A DNA stretch of 64,000 nucleotides from Selaginella moellendorffii (taxonomy: Eukaryota; Plantae; Lycopodiophyta), in the NCBI RefSeq assembly GCF_000143415.4, contig NW_003314307.1, forward strand, positions 1,282,952-1,346,951, read 5' to 3'. The first letter of the stretch is position 1. Each line of letters begins with the position of its first letter. Of this stretch, positions 1 to 11,709 are shown piece after piece. The notes under the pieces are model-generated. The model was not told where the DNA came from, made no database searches, and saw only the letters and a list, made by a program, of their open reading frames with translations. A program made the translations under genes and the position numbers.

Positions 1-3000
1 TCTATTGGTTGTTGCTGTAGTAGTGACAACTGGAACTCTTGCCACTCATCTTCTTGTTCCTGATTGTTCTCTTGCTTGCTGATAAGATTGCTTGGCTGAG
101 GATTTGCACTCCTTGCTTTTGGACTCTTAAGATCATAAACCAATGGTGGATTTCTCACAAGAATTCTCACCTCTCTCTCACATCTTTGCTTTGTTTGTCT
201 TTCCTCTTGCTCTTGCGCTTGTACAAGTCTTGCCAAGTACTTTTAACTTCTTTGGCTCATACGCCAGGAAGGAACAGCCTTGATCTAGTGAGGGTAGCCT
301 AGCTTCTTCTAGTGCTCACCCTTCTACCACAATCTTCATGCTTGCTTTGCTTCCTTGGCAGTGCACCAAAAGATGTCGCTCCTCGCAACAACACTCTAAC
401 GAAGTGGATAATCATTGCTGCCTAGTCTCGTCCCTAGCCTCTTCGGCAACCTCTGTTACAACCTTTGCCAACATCCTAACCCAAGGCTGCCCACAGGTTG
501 GACAACTCACATAGATTGGTTGATCTTGAGTGATTCTTGTTATGATGCACTCCTCAAACAACTGTAGTTGCTGCTGCATTGCCAACCTCCACTCCACGTG
601 CTCCAAAGCTGTTGGATGAGGCATCCTTCCAAGAACCTTCTCTTTTATTTCACTGCCTCACTTCTACACACATGTTATGCCCGGAAATTGGTTGTTTGCC
701 CTCTTTTCAACCTCTGGCACCAAGGGTAACATCCTGTTTTCAGCCAAATATTTCCTTATTCCCTCACTATAACCAAAAAAAGAAGGAAAAACTCCCGACT
801 TCAACCAAGTCTTATTCTTGAGCTGGCTTTGGCCCTCAACAATAGGCTCAAAGGGTGGAATGTTAGTAGTGCTAGAGGCCAACAATTGTAGCACTATGAC
901 AGTTATACAACATTTTTGTTTTATTACATTCTTTTATTCAGTTTCTCTATGTTGATTCCATTTACATAAGCTTAGGTGTAATCAAACTTTTTTGCCCAAA
1001 CATCATAAAACAAAGAAGAGTGAAGTAGAACCATATTAAAGTTTTTTTTTGTCACTCTTTTTTGTAAATCAACAGATAAGTTACGCTAACATATTTCATT
1101 GATAGACATAATTTCTACACATTCAGTAGGAAACCATTGAGTCCAACATAGAGTTTCATTAGAGAAAAAAAATTTTATTCACCATAAAATTGAAATGCAA
1201 ATGTGAACACTATGGCTAAGTAGAAAAGAAGTCCCATGACACTAGCCACCACCATGCCCCCTCATAAAGCCGCTATGGCCAAGTAAGGCTAATGTAAACC
1301 ATACCATTATCTATATTGAAATCATGAACAACAACACTATCTTTATTAAAAACTATATTATGTTCCAACCTTAGAATAATGCTTAAAATAATTATATGTT
1401 ATCTATATTAAAAACAATATTGTGTTTCACATATAATGTGCCATAACATTATCTATATTAGAAATCAGATTGTGTCCTAGTTTTAAAATTGTGCTTGAGA
1501 TAATCATATGTTATCTACATTAAAGACCATATTGTGTTCCAATTTTGTATTACATATATCATCAAATAGATTATATTCTGTTTTTAAAATATAAAGAGAA
1601 CAATATTTTTTCTACATTAAAAAACAAATTAATTTATAGTTTAAGAATAATACTTCAGTGAATCATATGTTATCTACAGACTGATTTATAGTTGCATAAT
1701 AGGATTCATAGAATCAAATGTTATGTATATTGATAACTTGATTCAGTTCCAGTTTCATAACTATACTTTGGAGAGAATTATGTCAGAACACATATATGTA
1801 TACTATAGTAATTATAAGACTTTGATCCCAAATCAATGTACTCTTGCAAGGGAATCTTGCAACCTCACATGGTTGAAAAAGAATATTCACCTATTTCATT
1901 TTATTCAATTTTTGTGAGAGTTATGTGAAAAACCATATAGAAAAATAAAAAACCATATATGTCATATTGACGGGTGTGCTGTGGACAAAGCAAAAAGTCC
2001 ACAATGTCATGCACGCTCCCATGCATCCTGCACCATTACAAGATACACACATGTAGACTCATAGTTCTCCTTGCTGCAGTCCTTCTACAGCTCAATCTGA
2101 CAAGTCACAAAAACCAATTATGTTTTCAATTGTCTCCCTATCATATTGCATAGCATTGAGAAACAAAAGATTGGCTTAAGACATTGAGAAGCAAGAGTCA
2201 CAACTTTTCCTAAAACCACAAACCTCATTTATGAATTGGAAAAATATATCTGGCTTCTCAAGGAAAGTTTTGAGTGATGCCCTGATTTGTCCTAATGAGC
2301 ACATGACATAGGGAAACAAATAAATCAACGAGATATCTGATTCTTGGATGGCTTCTCTTTTCTGCCGCCAACTGTGATCTGTCTACAGCTTTCTCTATTT
2401 GAAACAAGAAGCCAAAGTCTCCTCCTAAGACTGAATCTAATGCTGCTCTTTTCGCCATATGGTGGACGCTTTGGCCTAAAGATAAGGTTCTCAAGGGCCT
2501 TATCAGCCACAACACTAACCATCACTGACTGCTTGAAAACATCATCCATGGAAGGATATCCTACTATATCTTGACCCTCTAACAGGTACTCCAATTGTAA
2601 CCTTTTCCATGGCAGCCAGAGACAATGCTTCCACCACACACTTTTTTCATTTAACACTTTTGCTAGTGGAAGTGGCATTGAGTTTTCCTTGAAGCTTATT
2701 TGCCATGTCATTTTTCTACCCCACAATGGCCGAACAAGAAGCCACCACTTGATTAGTGGGCAAGCTTACATTTGACAGTCTTAGGGTGACGTCACAGTAT
2801 ACTTATATAACAATTTTTTACTTGCTTGAAGGGAACTGACTTAGATGTATTGCAATGTGGCCCCATGATCATGAGCTTACCCAGCAGCCCTTGTGACAAG
2901 GTTCTATGGGATGTAGATGCAAGCTTGAGGCAGTGCACACTTATTGTAAGTTCCAGCCAATTATGATGTTTGAGATTGAGAGCTTCGGGCCTCTCCAGAG

Positions 3001-3035
3001 TCAAGCATGTTAGTGTGTGCATCACTAGCAGATTG

Positions 3036-3374
3036 CTAAGTTGAAGAGGCCAGTCGACTGACTGAGTATACTAGAGGTGGTGTGGCCGCTCGAGTGCCAA
3101 GTATAAACGGTGTACATATCACTTGATTGTGTGCAAAGCAGGTGAAGGCTGAACTGATATGGTTGCCGCTCATTTCCAACTTGATCTGACCATAGGTGTG
3201 CGCTGAATCAGGAGTGTTGTTAAGGTCAGTGGGTAGCTCACGGTGGAAACCCGTGCGAGGATTGCAGACGGCCACATGCACGCGTGGCCAATCTGGCACG
3301 TAGTCGTTTATGTCTCCTCCATGAATGCCACACACGAGGCCGCAGGAGCATGAGGCCACAGGAACGTAGCCCAC
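3036..3374 (-). pseudogene. F-box-associated/kelch-like gene fragment (duplicated at 17182-17508)
   Basis: ASCSCGLVC...VAVCNPRTGFHRELP resembles the S-x-x-GL...VCNP-x-T-x-x-x-x-x-LP motif that follows plant F-box domains. No F-box or complete ORF is present. Confidence 0.45.
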
Positions 3375-3606
3375 GGCAATAACCTGTTTGTCACCACTTC
3401 TACCAGGTCCACCTAAGAAACAAGAATCCTTTCTAAGGCAAGACGAAGGTGGTGAAGCTCCTGCGTGGCATGCCGCTGTGATGATTCAATGAAGCTGAAG
3501 AAGATGACGGGGAGGCATAATTATAAGGTTTGGGTTTCAGTGTGGGAGCCCTAAATTTTGAGCAAGATTTCCATCCTTATAACATGTCTAGGTCCAAGAG
3601 AAGAGA

Positions 3607-4552
3607 ATGGCGATGGCGCAGCTCAACAAGGCGCTGTGGTGCGACCGCGAGGTCTTCGCCACCGGAGGTGAGATCGATGTAGCAAAGTTTCGGATGTGTC
3701 GCAACTGGTGGAAGGTGCTGAGAAGATCGATCTTCCAATCAAGTTCGCTCCATACGGCCTTGGGGAGAGAACTCTCGTTGACACGGATGTGAGGCGAGCT
3801 TGGCAGATCAATCCCGAGAGGGTCTCTTGCCCCGAGGTTCCAAACTTCTTCTCGTCCGTGGCTCACGACTTGGCCGCACATGGACTCTCCGTCATGGGGT
3901 TGGATTCGACTGCTCTGGGGCTCGACGTCAAGCTCTACAAGCTGCTGCTCTACGAGGCTGGCGGCCACTTCAAGTTCCACAGGGACACGGAGAAGGAAGA
4001 TGGCATGTTTGCGACGATGATCTTGCAACTTCCGACGAGCATGGGACACAGCGGCGGGGCTCTCGCGGTCCGCCAGGGACGGCAGTGCTGCGAGTTTGAT
4101 TTCTCGGACGGGAGCTCCAGCCACTACTTCTCGATGATCTTCTTTTGCGACTACGAGCATCAGCTCAAGGAAGTGACGAGCGGGTCGAGGTTGTGCCTGG
4201 CTTTTAGCCTGGTGAGAAGCAACGTGGAGTTTATACCCGCGGAGAACGTCCCGTCGTTCGTCTCGGCTCTTCCCCGAGTGAGAGCTCTCTTCCAGCAATG
4301 GGCTGCTGGCACTGGTGATGATCAAGCAGATCAAGCAGAAGGTGATGATATAGATGATGATAACAATGAAAGATGATGATGACGAAGACCATCAAGACGT
4401 CAGCAAGAGTGACAGGAAGGGTCGTAAGCTCCTGGCGATTCCTTTGGCTCACAAGTACTCGAAGACGAGCCTCTCTTTTGTGGGGCTAAAGGGTCACGAT
4501 CGCGTGGTGGCCGCTCTCGTGAGAGCTTGCGAGTTTCTGGAGCTCCATCTCT
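3607..4552 (+). pseudogene. 2OG-Fe(II) oxygenase (P4H-like/2OG-FeII_Oxy_3 type), 3'-truncated and frameshifted copy
   Basis: APYGLGERTLVDTDVRRAW, YKLLLYEAGGHFKFHRDTEKEDGMFAT (HxD) and DYEHQLKEVTSGSRLCLAFSL (distal H and R). Frameshifts near 3690 and 4370; truncated at 4552. Confidence 0.85.
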
Positions 4553-4722
4553 TGCCTTTAGCCTCCTCCGTCTCCGTGACCTAAACACTGTTGACTATCA
4601 TTGTCTAGTGCCAAATTTGATTTGACCATCATTGCTTAATTTTTAGTCTGAACGAGAAGTACTACATATTCAATTCTAATGCTTTTCTTGTTCTAATGCT
4701 TTTCTTGGGCCAAGAGTCAGGT

Positions 4723-5637
4723 CAAGGGGTGACGAGAAGATGATACTTATACTGCTAGGGCTCCTCACAGTCAAAGAAAGCCCCAAGCTGACCAAACAAC
4801 GTTGCTCGAAGCTCATCAAGGACTACGAGGCAACCGGGAAAGACTTTACCTCCACGTACCATTTGATGGTGGAGTTTGGTCTTGACATGGGCTATGTTAC
4901 TGGGTTGAGTGCACTCAAGCAACAGAAAGCGCTCGGGCAACTCCTGGATAGCACACCAATCGATAAGCCCGACATGTCCAATGTGAGGAGCTGGGTCGGG
5001 TTCAGAAATCCAAGTCTAGGGAACTTGCTCCCGGCCAAATCAGACTGCGACTGCGAGTGTTGTGTTGTCTGTGCTGGGATTTTCCTCGGTGCTACCGTCG
5101 ATGCTGGTGCCGTTGCTGGGGCCAGCATCAACTACCTTTGCCTTGCCTTTGTATTTTTTTGTGGCTGGCCCAGTGTCAGCCTTTTTTTCATTGCCAGTGT
5201 CATCCTCGACCTTGATGTCGACTGCGAGTGTGCGGAATTCGCGCCTTGCCTCCCTAGTCCTGTCGTACTGCTCCTTGGTGACCTCATACTCCACGGCAGA
5301 GGAAGCTGCTTCCTCTGCCTTGGAGAGGTAGGCCGGGAGCAAGTTCCCTAGACTTGGATTTCTGAACCCGACCCAGCTCCTCACATTGGACATGTCGGGC
5401 TTATCTATTGGTGTGCTATCCAGGAGTTGCCCGAGCGCTTTCTGTTGCTCGAGTGCGCTCAACCCAGTAACATAGCCCATGTCAAGACCAAACTCCACCA
5501 TCGAATGGAGGTAAAGTCTTTCCCAGTTGCCTCGTAGTCCTTGATGAGCTTCGAGCAACGTTGTTTGGTCAGCTTGGGGCTTTCTTTGACCGTGAGGAGC
5601 CCTAGCAGTATAAGTATCATCTTCTCGTCACCCCTTG
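4723..5637. repeat. Long inverted repeat (arms 4723-5036 and 5331-5637, ~294 bp spacer)
   Basis: The arms are reverse complements, and the same peptide (MVEFGLDMGYVTGLSAL...NLLPA) appears on both strands in the ORF track. Confidence 0.95.
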
Positions 5638-5743
5638 CTGGATTTGCTGGGAACTCACTCTGGCGAGCAACCCCACAAACATGCTTGAGCTGGTCAGGAG
5701 ATGAGAAACCGTCCCACCATACACATGGTAGGACACCACCCAT
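5040..5743 (-). pseudogene. Unknown frameshifted ORF divergent from the Helitron-like Rep
   Basis: ORFs 5459-5743 and 5040-5558 join if the 7-bp deletion (visible by comparison with the inverted copy) is restored. No recognisable family. Confidence 0.4.
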
Positions 5744-6008
5744 ACAACACGTCCAAAAAAAAGCACGGAAGGAACTACGAACCCTGGTTTGTAAAATGAT
5801 CTCCTGTTTGCTATGTATGGGACGGCGTCGTCTCAGATCCCCTTGGACAGCAGCTCCTCGAGCGCCTTAGACCTCTCCGTATTCATGCTGTGGGTTAAGG
5901 CGTAGGGTAGCTGGTGCCCTAATATAGTGGATTCGGGCGACCAAATATGGCCCCGGGGCCATATTTGGCACGGACTGGATACTTTACCATACTAAACGCG
6001 CGGCCAGG

Positions 6009-7467
6009 ATGGCAGCTGAAAAACACAAGGATGGAGTTATGGAGGTACTCCACAGCCGAATGGTGGAGTTCAAGCCCTGCACGGCGCTTTACCCATATGT
6101 CCCGGATGCAATGGCAAATGCATGGAGCGCACTAACGGCTGGAGCGATTGGAAACGCACGGACATGTGGTGAGTGTGGTATCACAGAGCTAGGTGGGACA
6201 AAGGGTCGAGAAACATTTGTAAGAGAAGGCGTGGGAATGGATCACCACCATGCACACAGACTAGTGGCTTATTTTCAGACAAGGCGGTCGTGAGCTCAGG
6301 TGAGGGCTGGACAGAGTGGTGGGTATGCAGCATCTGTAACCTACACCCAGACAAGAGGAAGCCGTGGCTAGTGACAGTCTCAAGAGCATATGCAAATGGT
6401 ATAGCAGTCTCACACACCGGGCTCACACAGCGCATGTCAATGGTAGATGTGACCGTCGATGTGCACAGGAAGTTCAATGCAATTGCAAAGGGTGGCATCT
6501 CACGTCCAATGCTTTTGGAAAACCCCATCGTCGACTGGAGAGGTACACACGAGGCGGTACCAACAGAGTTACAGCAGCAGGTGTTTGAGTGGCTATTGGA
6601 GCAAAACCGGTGCACCAACCCACTCTTTAGGCAGTTTTTCACGCTCCATGACCAGTCTGCAGATGACTATGGCCTCTGTTTTGTGTCACGTGGCACCATG
6701 ACGGCTATTCTCAACACATCTGATAGCGAGGGGCCGTTTAAAGACCATGACACAGGGAGCACAAACCAATACACACTGCTCGATGACCCCTGTGCCGGTA
6801 CTTTTAGAAAGAGAAAGGCACAACCATACAACCTTGCCCCACTCGAGTTCCTGAAGCAAAAGCGGCTCAAGATACGGGATTGCAACACTGTTGTTCGGCC
6901 CCAGCTCGAGGCGCTGCTCTTCCCATACCTTTTCCCACAAGGTCAAGGATATCTAGCTGATGGAGATGACATTGTTGACTACATGAAGTACGGCATGTCA
7001 TGCTTCTTGACACCATTCACCATGTACAAGCCATACGTTCTTGCCATGTACCAGGTATGCAGAAGCAGATCTAGGCATCAACCTAAACAAAAACTAACAA
7101 ATGAAGACAGGTCAGGCAGGCGCTGTACATTTCACGGAACCTTGCCAACGACAAGAAGATTGCATCACTGACAAGAGCGTTATAAAAGGGGAATCCAGAG
7201 GCAACAGAGAGTGATGTGACAATGCACCTATGGAAACATGCTCTGCCAGAGACTATCCCAAACACGCCGGAGTACTTTCGACGGAACCTGTATGACCTCC
7301 TCGCAGTCACAGCGGACATTGGCCTCCCACATCTGTTCCTAACTCTGACATCGGATGAATCAAGCACAACCAGGTTTGTTGAGTACAGTGACCTCATGGC
7401 CCGTGTTGCACAAGTTTCTGGAGGGCTATCGTGGGCAAGTTTCTGGAGGGCTATCATTAGTTTCTGA
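6009..7467 (+). mobile_element. Helitron-like Rep/helicase N-terminal fragment (disrupted, truncated)
   Basis: LEALLFPYLFPQGQG and IPNTPEYFRRNLYDLLAVTADIGLPHLFLTLTSDE match Helitron_like_N / Rep motif 1 (GxPxLFxTxT). Cys-rich N-terminus. Breaks off into AT-rich DNA at ~7460. Confidence 0.8.
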
Positions 7468-7889
7468 TTTGCCTTTGAAACCTTGCATTTGATTTGCCAT
7501 GCTACTTGAAGGACAAATTCAAAATATTTTAGCCCTATCAAAGCATATTATCTTATTAATATCCTATTAAACCAATAGATGGGGGTTAATGGTTTTCAGA
7601 GATGATATTTCCATGATAGATATATATTATAATTTGATGGAACAATGAAAAATTATCTTCTTGATATTTTTAAACACTTGTTTGTGCTAAATATGGATTT
7701 TCTTGTCAAAATCAACTAAAAACTACTTCAAGATGCTCTCTAAAGATTAAAAATTTAGATAACTTTATGTTCTTCGATTTAAATGGTGATGATGACTACA
7801 ACAAGATTAAGTAGGGGCATGTTAATGACAAATGGCATCAAAAAAGAGAGAAAAGGATTTTTTGTGATTAAACTAGTTGTATTAGAAGC

Positions 7890-7890
<1 letters not shown>

Positions 7891-7942
<52 letters not shown>

Positions 7943-7962
7943 TTATATATATATATATATAT

Positions 7963-8050
<88 letters not shown>
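7891..8050. repeat. (TA)n microsatellite, ~160 bp
   Basis: Direct observation. Confidence 0.99.
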
Positions 8051-8051
<1 letters not shown>

Positions 8052-8534
8052 GTAATAAAGGAAAATTGTAATATTCACCTTTCCTATTTTCAAGGCAAAA
8101 TAAATTGCCTTGCAAAATGTAAAACTTAACTACCTTACAACTTTAAGGCTTGCAAAGAGTCTGATGTAGTTATGCCAACTTTATCAATGGTAGCCATCTT
8201 TGGGTAACACACACTTTAGGAATGATTAAATCCAAAACTTGTATTGAAGCAATCAATTGCCTAACCTGTCACAAGACTTATTGCATGAGTATGACTTCAA
8301 TTTAGTTTATGGCCAATCTTGAGCCTCCAAAGCTATTTCCAGCTTGCAGCAAAATGCTATGATTGAGATGAAACTCACAAATACTCACTCACTAACACAA
8401 GTGAAGCACCAATTATATTTTTTTGTTTCAATCAATGACCAAACTTAGATCTTCTTGGTTGGGAAATATTTCATAACAATATATACAAAAACATATATTG
8501 ATTGATTAAATGCAGTATAATATATGAAACTTTA

Positions 8535-8672
8535 CTCCCCATCCAGGAGCTTGTCATAGTACGTGTCCACATCATTTCCAAACACCGAGATGAGTCCCAT
8601 CCCCGTGATCACCACCCTCTTCTTGGGATCGGTCTCGCACTTTGGAGCCGCAGCAGTGGCCGCTGACGCCAT
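8535..8672 (-). pseudogene. KASI: Isolated fragment of plastid 3-ketoacyl-ACP synthase I
   Basis: Minus strand translates to MASAATAAAPKCETDPKKRVVITGMGLISVFGNDVDTYYDKLLDGE*, the characteristic KASI N-terminus. It is a GC-rich island in AT-rich DNA. Confidence 0.85.
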
Positions 8673-10686
8673 GGCACGGCATTTTCTAGCGTGGCCTGTC
8701 TTAAACATATATATTTTGATTGAAATTACTTGATATTAATAATTCTTTTCTAAGAGTCTTTTTAACTATTTTTCTTGAAAGTGCATGAAACATTTAGTGT
8801 CCCTTAAGAACCAATAGCATTATACCCACTAGAAACTAGGGGGGGCTATCTTTATGGTGCTCATGTCTTTTAGCATTTACCATAGAGAATGAAGATTAGC
8901 TCTACTACATGATGCAAATATAAAGTACTTAATCCATATTTAAATCTTGAATTTTTATCTTATTGAAGAATACTCATCTATCATAACCTAAACTTTTTAT
9001 TTCCAGAAGTTAAAGCATTGTTTATTTGGATAATTTCATCATCAAATGTCCATTATATAAAGAAAAGGATTTCCACTTTGATTACTTTTAAAGAAATTAA
9101 TACCTTTTATAGAACCTATATTTAATCCAAAGTCATTAGGTAGTACTGAAAAAAGTCATAGTCAATCCTTATATATAAAAATACAACTCAAATCTCTGCA
9201 CAAATGTAAATATGATCTAATACAATAAGAATAAATATTTCCAAACTTATTGGTAGAATAATATCATAGGATATCCATTATAATTCTTTAGCAAATCCAA
9301 ATTCAAGCTTAAACTACCTAGTTTACAATAACACTTTATGCTTCTTAATACCATTATTTTTAAAGCACACCTTCTAATAAAATCTTGTAGTAGTGAATGC
9401 AAGTTAGTGCTGGCACAATACAAGAGATAAATTGCATGGACACATATCAAGATTAGAGTTTAGTTAAATTTCATCCTAATCAGTATAATGGTTTTTATTC
9501 AAGTATTACTTTAGAGATAAGGAATTCGATACCCTTAAAATATGACAAAATGTTTTGGCAGCTAATCTTTCTCTCTTTCTGCAGGTTTAATATCATGAAA
9601 AGGAATAAAAACTCTATATAAAATAAAATAAAACATTTTGTGATTTACAGTATCATTCCTTCAGTTTGTGCTTATGTTTGATAACTGTAGATGGTTTTGG
9701 TGTTAGAAAAACGATATGCAATAGATATTAGTTTTAGGAGGGTATGTGTCAAAGAATAGCCAAGTTGTGAGAGCATTTAGTATATACTACTTGTGATGTA
9801 ACCATTAACACAAGGTGTGAGCTTATTGTTATGGAAAAAGAAATATTACTGTGACAAGGACTTTGGCTTTTCTTTAGTGACTTCAAAAAACATTTCTAAT
9901 TTAGATACAAATGCAAGATATACAATATTTTTTGCCATGTCAAAAGCATTTTGTAGTTCATATTTATGGTTTACTTTCATGCTGAGAGAAAATTAAACTA
10001 GCTTTATTAATGTTAAATAGATTATATAAGGAGAAATTGATGGGTACTCTCTTCATGAGATCCTAGTTTGTGACTAATGCTAGTCATGGTAGGGATGGTG
10101 GACACAATTATAAATAAGGTCATGGACGAGGAAGAGGAGGTTATGGTTGTGGTTCATAAGGATACTCATTAATAATGAGCTAAATTGTTATATTGAATAA
10201 AATTGATAGTAGTGTATAGAATTTTAGACCATATCTGTTAAGAAATAAATCATAACCATCAAACATTAAAAACTCTGAATTGATCAAATCGAAATATAAA
10301 AATAATATCCTTAAAGCCCCATTTATTTTTCTGACAAAAGACAACTCTTTCATCTTTATTAACGAAAGTGTTTTATACGTCTAATTTGTTAAGGTACTTA
10401 TTATCTTTTTAGAGAATATCCATCTTTACTGTCTGTTTTATTGGACTATATATATCTTTACCACTTTGCAAGCTCTAAATTTTGGATAATATACTAATTT
10501 ATTAAAGAAGAATGAACAGATAAAATAATTTAGATATTGAACTAATACCTGTTTTATACACTTATTTGGATTTACCAAAAATACAAATAAGCATTTAGAT
10601 GGATATCCCACAATATTATACTAATGAGATTGGCCTAATTGTAACACAAAATAGTATTAAAAACTTTATAAAATTTTATAATTATC

Positions 10687-11709
10687 ATGAGAATGAAAAA
10701 ATTTCTTATATATTTCTTTTTCATTTTAAATTCATTAATATTTGTATTGTCACCACCTTCTACTCCAGCTACTGATCCTAGTGTGATTTATATTAGAAAT
10801 CCCTTTGTTCTTAATGTAAATATATTCAGGCGCACTTTAAGGCATACTTTATTATATATTTACTCAAGGTTTCAAGATGGCCAAACATATCCCCCAGCAT
10901 TACGAACTTTGATCATCATCTTTCGTAGATCAAGGATTAGGATGACTGTAAATTTATATATTTTAGCTCCTGGAGTCACTGGTCCAGAGAGTCTTGTATC
11001 ACATACTTGCACAACTGATCCGACAAGCCCATTTGGTTATCAAGGTCATGAACTTAGAATAATGTTTGAAAGAATTGTAACCTCTATTGTTGACTATGCT
11101 GCATCAGACCCTTATCGTATATCTTTTTGTGCAGAAATCCGAGTTGTATTTTTAAATCTTATGATTGACTATACCTTCTCTGCAATGCTTCCTCATGATT
11201 TCTTAATGCATATCAATTCTACTGAAAAACAAATATCTATAATTCCAATAAAAAAAGTAATTCCTTTGCAAATAACAGATGTCTATAGTGAAAATTGTTG
11301 GGCATTTTCAACTGTACTTGTTGGGCAAAATGCTGATATAGTTGGCTCAACTATTGATATTAATAATAGTATAACTTCAGGAAATAGAAATTTTAAACTA
11401 ACCTTAGATAATAATTGCAAGCTAGTGCTATATAGAATTGGGTACAACACTATCCTTTGGACTAGTAAACATGACTTTAAACCTGTTCAAAATTGTTATG
11501 CACATTTGCAAAAGGATGGTAATTTTGTGATTAAAGAAGATAATACATATCTGCAACCTAAAGATGATAATAACAAATTTATTTATTGGGCTAGTAATAT
11601 TTATTGCAAACCACAACCTTCATGTGAAATCACAACAACACTAGTTATTACAAACTATGGTAATATTATTATTTATTGGAAAGGAACAGTCTTTTGGAAA
11701 GCTCTTTAG
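10687..11709 (+). CDS. Secreted protein with unknown N-terminal domain and C-terminal bulb-type (GNA-like) mannose-binding lectin domain
   Basis: Intact 340-aa intronless ORF with a signal peptide (MRMKKFLIYFFFILNSLIFVLS). C-terminus has LTLDNNCKLVLY..LWTS, LQKDGNFVI..YWASN and LVITNYGNIIIY..VFW, the three B-lectin subdomains. Confidence 0.75.
   Translation: MRMKKFLIYFFFILNSLIFVLSPPSTPATDPSVIYIRNPFVLNVNIFRRTLRHTLLYIYSRFQDGQTYPPALRTLIIIFRRSRIRMTVNLYILAPGVTGPESLVSHTCTTDPTSPFGYQGHELRIMFERIVTSIVDYAASDPYRISFCAEIRVVFLNLMIDYTFSAMLPHDFLMHINSTEKQISIIPIKKVIPLQITDVYSENCWAFSTVLVGQNADIVGSTIDINNSITSGNRNFKLTLDNNCKLVLYRIGYNTILWTSKHDFKPVQNCYAHLQKDGNFVIKEDNTYLQPKDDNNKFIYWASNIYCKPQPSCEITTTLVITNYGNIIIYWKGTVFWKAL

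Larger units (their letters stand above)
1151..4552 (+). repeat. Copy 1 of a ~3.4 kb direct segmental duplication
   Basis: Runs from gagtttcattagagaaaa (1151) to ctccatctct (4552) and matches 15395-18670. The ORF track shows identical or near-identical peptides at 2258-3374 and 16404-17508. Confidence 0.95.

Noticed and set aside
1-840. Short ORFs here and at 12300-14200
   Set aside because: Probably old retroelement debris; no assignable domains or termini.
7783-8115. ORFs with IYIYIY runs
   Set aside because: Translation of the (TA)n microsatellite.
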